Assembly: GCA_963770895.1 (NCBI GenBank)
Contig: CAVYRF010000001.1
Span: forward strand, 576,001 to 640,000
DNA length: 64,000 nt
Direction of reading: 5' to 3'
Source of the DNA: an uncultured Acidobacteriota bacterium
Lineage (GTDB): Bacteria; Acidobacteriota; Thermoanaerobaculia; Multivoradales; UBA5704
A program made the position numbers and the translations under genes. Below are positions 18,001 to 26,727 of this stretch, in pieces. Each line of letters begins with the position of its first letter. Within the stretch, counting starts at the first letter, position 1. The notes beneath the pieces are model-generated. The model had not been told where the DNA came from. It saw only the letters and a program-made list of their open reading frames with translations, and did no database searches.

Positions 18001-21000
18001 TGTCGCCTGCATTGTCGGTGTCGGTCAGCATGCGCCGCCGCAGGTCGTAGGTGTGGGTGGTGACGCGCAGCTCGGGGTCGGTGACCGTCAGGCGGTCGCC
18101 CATGTTGTCCAAGGTGTAGGTGGTGACCGCCGCCAGCGGACGGCTTTCGATCAGCACCAGGTTGCGCTCGTCGTATTGATAGCCGGTGATGTTGCCGTCG
18201 GCGTCAGTGACAAATTGCCGGTTGCCGTTGGCGTCGTACTGGATGCCTTGCAGGACGATGCCGGCCTTGGTGTTGGCGATCAGCCGTCCTTCGGGGTCGT
18301 AATTGAATTGGCTCAGGGTGCCGCGGCGGTCGACGTCGGTCACCTTGTTGCCCAGGCCGTCGTAGCTGAAGGTCTGGGTGTAGTTGAGCGGCGCCGGAGC
18401 GCTGGTCTGCACCAGGCGATTGAGACTGTTGTAGGCGAAGCCGGTGGTGTTGCCGCGGCGGTCGGTCTGCGAAATGCGATTGCCGGCGGCGTCATAGCCG
18501 ATCGCCGTGGTGTAGCCGAAGGGCGCCGGATCGGTGGTCTGCACCAGGCGGTCCAGGCGGTCGTATTGATAGGCGGTGGTGTTGCCGTTGGGGTCGGTCT
18601 CGGCGACGCGGTTGCCGGCGACGTCGTAGGCTAAGAGGACCTTGCGGCTGAGCGGCAGGTCCTGCTCGACGATGCGGTGCAGCGCATCAAAGTGATCGGT
18701 GGTCAGATTGCCGTTGGCATCGGTCGTGGTCAGCGCATCGCCGCTGGCGTCGTAGGTGGTGGCGCTCACCGGACCCTGGCTGTCGCTGGTGGCCAGCGGC
18801 CGATTGAGTGGATCGTAGGTGTGGGTAAAGACGTTGCCGTTGGGGAGCTGCTCGCTCACCCGGTTGTTGGCCCGGTCGTAGGTGTAGTTGGTGAACAGGG
18901 TGCGCGCTGGACGGGTGATGCGGGTCAGCTGCACGACTTTCTGCGTCATCCGGTTGCGCGCGTCGTAGCTCCAGGTGGCGACGTTTTGCAGCGGATCGAT
19001 CTGCTGCAAAAGGTTGCCCACCGCGTCGTAGGCCAAGCTGAGAGTGGCGCCCAGGGAATCGGACTTCAAGACCGCCCGGTTGAGCGGGTCGTAGACCGCG
19101 GTGTGCACGCGATCCTGCGGCACGTTGCGCCGGGTCTCTTTGAGCAGATTGCCGTTGCCGTCGTACTGGTTGACCGTTTCGCTGGGATGGCCCGTGGCCC
19201 AGGCCGGCTCGTCCTTCTGGATCAACCGGTTGAGCTCGTCGTACTTCTGCGTGGTGAGGCGCCCCAGCGGATCCTGGATCTGCACGTGGTTGCCATTGCC
19301 GTCCAGGGTCCATAGCATCGAAACTAGGCCGCTGTCGCCGGTGCGGTCGGTGCGGATGCGCCGATTGAGCGCGTCATAGGAGTGCGCGGTGATGCGCGGC
19401 ACGAAGTTTGAGCTCGCCCCCGGACCCGCCGCCCCGGCGTCGGTAATGGATTCGGTGGTGACGTTGCCGACGCCGTCGTAGGCGTATTGGGTGACCCGCC
19501 CCAGCGGCTCGTCGCGCTCGACCAACCGCTCGGCATCGTCGTACTGGAAGGTGGTGTCGTGCTCCGGGCTTGTCGAGTCGAACCAGTCGCTTTCCAGCGT
19601 CCTGTTGCCGGCCAGGTCGTAGGTGAAGACCTTCGCCGCACCTGCCGCGTCCTGGATCTTCACCGTCCTGCCCTGCAGGTCCATGCTGGTGATGGTGACC
19701 CGTCCCTCCGCGTCGGTCGAGGTGACCTGATCCAGGGCGTCGTCGTAGGCCAGGGTTTCTCCCGCCGTGGTCGAACCGACCTTGGGGTAGGTCTTGCCGG
19801 TCTGCCGGTCCAGCGTGTCGTAGGTGTAGCTGGTGAGGTTGTTCAGCGCATCCGTGTGGGTCAACGGCAGGCTGCGCACGCTCCAGGTGCTGGTCGCGAC
19901 GAAGCGCAGCGGGTCGGTGGTCGAAGCCAGGTTGCCGTAGGGATCGTAGGTGTAGAACGTCGGGTAGCCGCGGGCGTCGACCATCGAGGCCCGATCGCCG
20001 TTCTGGTAGTAGGTGTAGGCGACGGTGTTGGTCGACGTGCCGCCGCCGGCGTCGTGGACGGTGACCTGCTTTTGGGTCAGGTTGCCGGTGGGGTCGTAGG
20101 TGTACGACGTGGTGGTGCCGTTGCGATCGATGCGGGTCTGCACGCGGTCCTTGATGTAGGGCGGCGTGAAGGTGCTGGGCGGCCAATAGGTGGTCTGGAT
20201 CGAATAGGCGTGGGCCTGCCCCTGCACGTCGACGACGTTGATCGATTGGCTCAGCTCGTTGCCGAACCCGTCGTAGGTGTAGGCGGTGGCGTTGCCGTTG
20301 CCGTCGGTGCGGCCGGTCATCACAACGTCGTTGGCCGCCCAGGTGGTCTGCGTGGTGTCGTGGAGCGCGTCGACGATCTGCACCGCGCTGCCGTACTGGT
20401 TGAGGCTGTAGGTGGTCGCCTTGCCGAGCGGGTCGGTGACGCCGACGGTGAGCACCGGCGACGCGCGGCTCGACAGGCTGGGCAGGTCGTAGTTGAACTG
20501 GGTGACGCCGCCCGCGGGCTCGGTCAGCTGGATGACGTTGTAGGCCGGCACCAGGACGTTGCCCTGCAGGCCGATCGCCGCGAATTGATATAGATAGGTG
20601 GTGGTGGCGCCGTCCAGCTCGTTCTTGACCGTCAGCAGCTTGTGCCGCAGCTTGAGGTCGTAGTTGGGCGGCACGGCGTAGGTGTAGCTTTCGATACGGC
20701 TGCCCCCTTCGCGGCTGGCCTGCGTCATGTTGCCGTAGGGGTCGTACTGATAGGTCATGCTCATGCCGTCGGGGCCGTCGATCTCGCTGATCAGCGAACG
20801 CGGCTCGCCGGTCAGCGCCAGCGTCTGGCGCTGGTATTGAAAGCTCAGGGTGCGGCCGGAATCGTCGGCGACGGTGAGCAGCAGCGGCGGCTGCGTCGCG
20901 TCGCTGTTGTCGTAGGTGAGGCGTGTGGTCAGGCCGTTGGGATCTTTGATGTAGGTCAGCGGGAACTCGTTGTTGTTGCCGGGGATGAAGTGATATTGGC

Positions 21001-24000
21001 GCCCCGACTTGGCGTAGAAGTCGATGCTGTTGTCGGTGGTATTGGCCACCAGGCTGCCGTGGTAGCCCTTGAGCGGCACGTAGTTGCCCTGGCCGTCGCC
21101 GACGAAGCGCATGCCGGAGCCCTCGCCGCCGATGACGATGATGTCGCCGCAGGGCGTGATCACCGCCTTGGAGTCGAAGCTGTGGCTCCAGCCGACTCCC
21201 AGCGGCCCCGGCTCGTCTCCCGAGTTGCTGGCGTAGCCGCGCGTCAGCTCGAGCGCCGGACCGTGGCCGGGCAGCGAGATGTCGCTGCGCTGCACCGCGA
21301 CGTGGCCGTCGAACAGGTCGACGCCCTTGACGATCATGTGGCCTACCGGCAGCGAGTCGTGCGAGCGGTATTCCGAGATGATGGTGCCGGTGGCGTCCTC
21401 GGTCGAGCCGTCGTAGTCGCTGACCGCGTGCAGCTTGTACTGGTAGGTGCCCGGCGCCAGCTGGTAGCCGCCGGGGAGCCCTCCCGCCGGGCTGATCGCC
21501 ACGCTCTGCTGACCGACGCCGTAATCGGTGCTGTCGAAGAGCGTCTGTTCCGGGTCGGTGTTGGCCGAGCCGTCGGTGTTGACGCTGCTGATCTGCGCCA
21601 CGGTCAGCTTGATCTTGGCCGCCTGCGCCTGCGTCCAGCTGAGCGGCGCCACGTTGGAGCAGAAGCGCTGGTTGAGCACGTCGACGTCCTGCGACACGTA
21701 CACCGCCGCCGAGTGCTGCGCAAAGATCCCCTGGTGCAGCGGCAGGGTGAACAGGTCGGAGCGCGTCTCCCATGCCGCGCCGGCGTTGACCACCAGCTGC
21801 GCCTGGTTGGTGTCCGCGACCTTGAGCGTGGTGCCGCGCGGGATGTAGACGCTGCCGCCGCCGCTGCCCGGCACCACGGTCGCCACCGCGGTGCGGGTCA
21901 CCTGGCCGTTGACCAGCACGTTGAGCAGGTTGTAAGGCGCGTCGTAGGCCGCCGGCGGCACCTGGAACTGCACCTGGGTGTCGGCCGCCACCTGGCTGTT
22001 GGTGTCGAGCGCGATCGGCTGCGGGTCGGTGGCGGTCACCTGGGGATCGATGCCCCAGAAACCGAGCACGCGCGGATTGAGCATCGGCGGGAAGTTGTCG
22101 GTGAAGCTGCCCAGCTCGACCGCGCCGCCGTTGACCTGCGGGTATTGATAGTTGATCGTCGCCTGCACGGTCGCGGTGTTGAAGCCCGGCGCCGGCCCGG
22201 CGGTCAGCTGCGAGAGGTAGCCGTGCGTCCCCGAATCGTAGACGCCGGCCGCGGCGCTGCCGCCGTTGCTGACCGATACCTGCACCGTGCCCTGATCGGT
22301 CACCCAGGTCCCGGTCGGCAGGAAGAACAGGTAGGGATTGCCGTTGCTGTTGAAGCGCACCTGGTAGTCCGGCATCCAGCTCAGCAGCGTGACCGTCAGC
22401 GGCTGGCCGCAGGCCTGGCCGATCTTTGCCGTCACCTCGACCTGCAGCTTGACGTCCTGGGACTGCCAGACCACATAGCCGTCCGTCGCGATCGGCACGC
22501 AGTCCTTGGCTTCGTCAGGCAGGGTGCCGACGAACAGCTGGCCGGCCGAGGGGTAGAAGGGGTAGCTGATCGGTCCCAGGCCGTCGGCCGACGTCTTCAC
22601 GGTGTAGACCTGGGTCACGTCGTTGCCCAGGATGACGCCGCCGACGGCGCCGTAGCTGGACGACAGGACGGTTACCGTGGGGCTGCCGCACTGCCCGATC
22701 ATCGGGCTTGGCAAATTGCCGCAGCCGTCGTTGTCCGCGTCGAAGACGGCGGCGCCCATGGCCTGGCTGCCGCTGCCGCCGTTGCCGCTGCCGCTGCCGC
22801 TGCTGGCATTGGTGCACACCAGGTCGTTGCGCGCCGCGTTGCTGGAGGCGTCGAACAGCACCGGCACGTTGGAGACCGGATTGCCGTACTGGTCCTGGAC
22901 GACCACCCAGATGTCGCCGGCGTACATGCCCGGCATGCCGCCATAGCTGGTGCCGGCCGGATTGAACGTGTCCACCAGCTGGGTGGGCGTGTCCGGCATG
23001 CCGTACATGGTGAAGGCGCCCTGGTCGACGCCCATCGCGCCCTGGTGGGTGCTGACCGAGGCATCGATCAGCTGCGCCAGCGCCAGCGTCACGTGCACGT
23101 CGCCGGGATTGCGTTCCAGGTAGGTGGGGCTGTCGCTGGTCAGCTGGTCGAGCACCGCCGACACCGAGGCGCGGCCCAGCTGGTCGGCCTGCACGGTGAC
23201 GCTGTCGCTCTGCGTGCCGGTCACCGGATCGATCAGCTTTCCCACCGACTGCTTGGTGGTAAAGGTGACCGATGCCCCCACCACGGGCCGCCCCTGCGCA
23301 TCGCGCACCAAAACGGCGAGCGGGATCGGCAGCGTCTTGCCCACCGTGCCGGTCTGCTGGTCGGTCGCCGACACCTTGATCATGCTGGCCGCCGCCAGCG
23401 CGTCGGTGTTGGGCTGCGAGCCGTAGGGGTCGGCCAGGGCGTTCTTGAGGAAATCGAGCGTCCACTGGTCGGGCGATTGTGCCGTGGCGCCGCCGGCAAG
23501 GCCGCCGGCGATCATGTAGGCGCCGCCGCCGCTGGCCGGGTCTTCCACCCGCCACACCGCCCCGGTCCAGGCAAAGCGGCCGATCGGCGCGATGGGCGCG
23601 TCCACGGTCATGCCCAGCCGCAGCCAGTTCTGGATGTCGGCCACGACCGTCGCCGGCAGCTGCAGCGTCGGCACCAGCTGCGCCCCGTTCTGCGCCGTCA
23701 GGTGCAGCACCGCGACGTTCGCCTGCGCCGCCACCCCCAGCCCCTTGTCGGCGGAGATCGAATCCACCTCGAAGTCGCCTTCGAACGTGGTGTGCTCCAG
23801 GGCCGAGCCTTCGAGCGCCGAAAGGCGCATCCAGTCGAAGGCGGTGGTGGCGTCGGCGCCGCGCGCGAAGGGTTCGGCGACGCGCAGCGGCGCGTCCAGC
23901 GTCACCCCCTGCCAGCGCAGGGCGTAGGGGAGCGATTCCACCTGGTCGATCGCCACCGCGTCGGCGACCACCGCCAGCGACGGCAGCGGCCGCACGATGC

Positions 24001-26713
24001 CGACGTCGAGCAGCCCGCCCAGCTCGATTTCCGCCTGGTCCCAGCTCTGGCTGTAGTTGACGGCTTCCTGGGCCAGCAGGTGGGCGCCCTCGGATTCGGC
24101 GTCGGACGGGTCGGGCGGCGCGCCGGCGGGCAGCGCCGGCGGCGCGATGGCCTGCTCGGCGCCGACGGCGATCGCGTAGTAGCTGCCGGCGGTCAGCGTC
24201 TCGTCGATCGTCTCGCTGCCGAACGGCCCGAGGAGCGTCACCTCCAGCCGGTGCGCGACGCCCATCGGCACCGGCGTTTCGCCGACCACGGTGGCCACGC
24301 CGTCGACGTTGAGCTGCGGCAGCAGCTGCACCAGGTAGACCGGCACCGCGTCCAGGCCGCCAAACAATTCGACCGTGAGCTGGTCGTCGGCGGTGGCGGG
24401 GATGTACGACAGGGTGAAGCGCTCGCCGGCCACCTGCCAGACCGGCAGCGTCGCCTGCAAGCTCTCGGCGTCGGTCGGATCGGGGCCGACGCGCGCCACC
24501 AGGTTGATCTGGTGCGCCACCGCCGCCGCCACCTGCGGCGCTTCCGACGTCACCGCCACGACCGGCGCCGGCATGGTGTTGGGCAGCAGGCCCAGGGTCA
24601 CCGCGTGCACCGCTCGCGAGCCCAGCTGCTGCGCGTACGGCGGCGTGCCCGGCTGCTGCGCCAGGAACGCGTTGACCGCCTGGCGCAGCGCCGCCAGCGG
24701 GTCCTCCACCTGCGGCGCGGCCAGCGTCGAGGCGATCAGCCCGTCGACCGAAAATCCCATCTGGCGCAGCACGCCGGTCGGCGGCACGTCGTCCACCGCC
24801 TTGATCGCCGGCGCCAGCGGCACCCAGGCGGCCCCCGACACGTCGACCACGGCGCCGCGGTAGTTGTTGTACGGCAGGTACGCCTCGACCCAGGTGTGAT
24901 CGATGGTGAACGCCGCCACCTGGCCGCCGGCGATCACCGGCGCGTGCGCCACGCCGGCGCGCGACAGCACCGTGTCGACGACCGCCGCGGTGGCCGTCGC
25001 CGCCGGCGAGTCCGCCACCCCCAGGCTGACCGCCAGCGCCGCCACCGGCAGCTGCACCACGCCGTGCACGTAGCGCGCGCCGCCGCCGCTGGCGCGCAGC
25101 AGCGCGATCAGCAGGCTGGCCTGGTCGACGTCGTTGCCCGCCCCCTGCCGCAGGGTGCCGATGGCCCCCTTCATCGAGCCGGCGTACCATTCGGTGCGCA
25201 CCTGGTTGCGCACCCACTGGAAGATCTGCACGTAGTCGAAGCCCAGCGACGACGCCTGGGCGACGATTTCGGGCGCCAGCGGCGCCTCGGGCGTGCCCGC
25301 CAGGTCGGCGGCGCCGGCCGCCGCGGCGTTGGGGTCGCCGTAGGCCGGCGTCACCGTCGGGCTGGTGACCGGCGCCGCCGGCGCCAGGCCCTCGCGGCGG
25401 TAGGGGAGCCCGGCGCGCAGCCGCGCCCGCGGCGGCACCGCCAGGGCCTGCGCCAGCGCCGGCTGGACCGCCGCCAGCGCCTTGGCCACCGCCGCCTGCC
25501 CGGCGGCCGCCACCGGCTTGCCGGCGGCGACGGCCTGCCGCACCGCCTCGACCGGCGCCGACATCGGCCCCAGTACCTGCGCCATGGCGGCCGCGTAGGT
25601 CTCCTGGGCCGCCGCCAGCCGCGCGGCGATGACGCGGCTCGATTTCGCCTTGGCCAGCTGCGCCCCGATCGCGGCAAACCGCCGCTGCATCTGCGCGTCG
25701 GCGGCGCGCAGCCGGTCGTACGCCGCCACGGTTGCCGCCAGGTCGACCGCCGCCGGTACTGCATTGGCCGCGGGCGCTGCATTGGCCGCGGGCGCTGCAT
25801 TGGCCGCGGGCGCCCCGTTGGCCGCCTGCGCCCTGCCCGCTGCCAGGCCCGGCGCTTCGCCCGGCGCGACGAAGCCAATTTCGGGCATGCGGCGCATCCC
25901 CGCCGCCGTGGCCACGCCGGCGAGCGCCGCGTTGACCTGCGCTTCCGCGCCGCTGCCGTCGGTCGTGCCCGTCCCGCCGGCGCCGCCGCCCGCGGCCCCG
26001 GCGCCCGCCCCGGCGCCTGAGCCCGCCGCGGCCTGGTCCTGGCTGGTCGCCCCATCCGGCGACGTGGCCTGCAACGACCCGACCGGCGAGGCCGACCTGG
26101 ACGGCGTGAGCGGCGTCCCATGCGCCTTGGGCGTCCTGCCGCCCGTTTTGGCGGTGGGCAGCGGACGCGGCTGTACCGGAGTCAGGTCGAACTTCCCGTC
26201 CAGGTGATACACGTGCAGCGGCACAAAACCGCGTGCCGGCCCGCCGCGCCCGGAGTCGCGCCGCTCCGGCCGCGCCGTGGTGGCGGAGCGACCGGCGGAC
26301 GCTTTACCTGCCGAACCTGCCGCTCCGGCTGTTCCGGCTGTTCCGGCTGTTGCGCCGGCCACCGCCGCGCCCGGCCGGGCCGTCGCGCCGGCCGGCGCCG
26401 CACTCGCTTTGGCCGCCGGCGTGCTTCCCTGCGGGCCTGCCGCCACCTGGCCGGTTGACCCCGCAGGCGGCGCGGACCGGCTAGGCGCTGTTGCTGCCGC
26501 CCTGCCTGCCGCCCGCTGGCCACCCCCAAATGCCGGACCGGCGGCTGGATGCCCGCCCGCGTGCCGCGCCGGCCCCGGCCGCTCGCCCCTCGCGCCCGCC
26601 TCCCGCGCCAGCAACCTCCCCGCCGGCACCGCGCAGCCGAGCGCCACGCCCAGGACGGCTGCTTGCCAGCCGGCCGTCCGCCAGATCCTGCCTGCCGCCC
26701 TTGTCGTGCCCAT
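15068..26713 (-). CDS. Giant secreted Rhs/YD-repeat polymorphic toxin with N-terminal transglutaminase-like domain (3881 aa)
   Basis: GAGGAG RBS and ATG 26713, then a signal-peptide-like N-terminus, a TGase-like [18 protein letters not shown]...HTWVEAY, Ig-like domains, a DUF6531-like segment and many YD repeats. The core reads [32 protein letters not shown]...[10 protein letters not shown] and is followed by a 391-aa C-terminal extension. Confidence 0.93.
   Translation of the reverse strand: [3881 protein letters not shown]
25758..25812 (-). repeat. 18-bp tandem repeat x3 encoding (APAANA)n in the Rhs N-terminal linker
   Basis: GCATTGGCCGCGGGCGC recurs three times with an 18-bp period. Confidence 0.7.
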
Positions 26714-26727
26714 GCCGCGCGCGCTCC

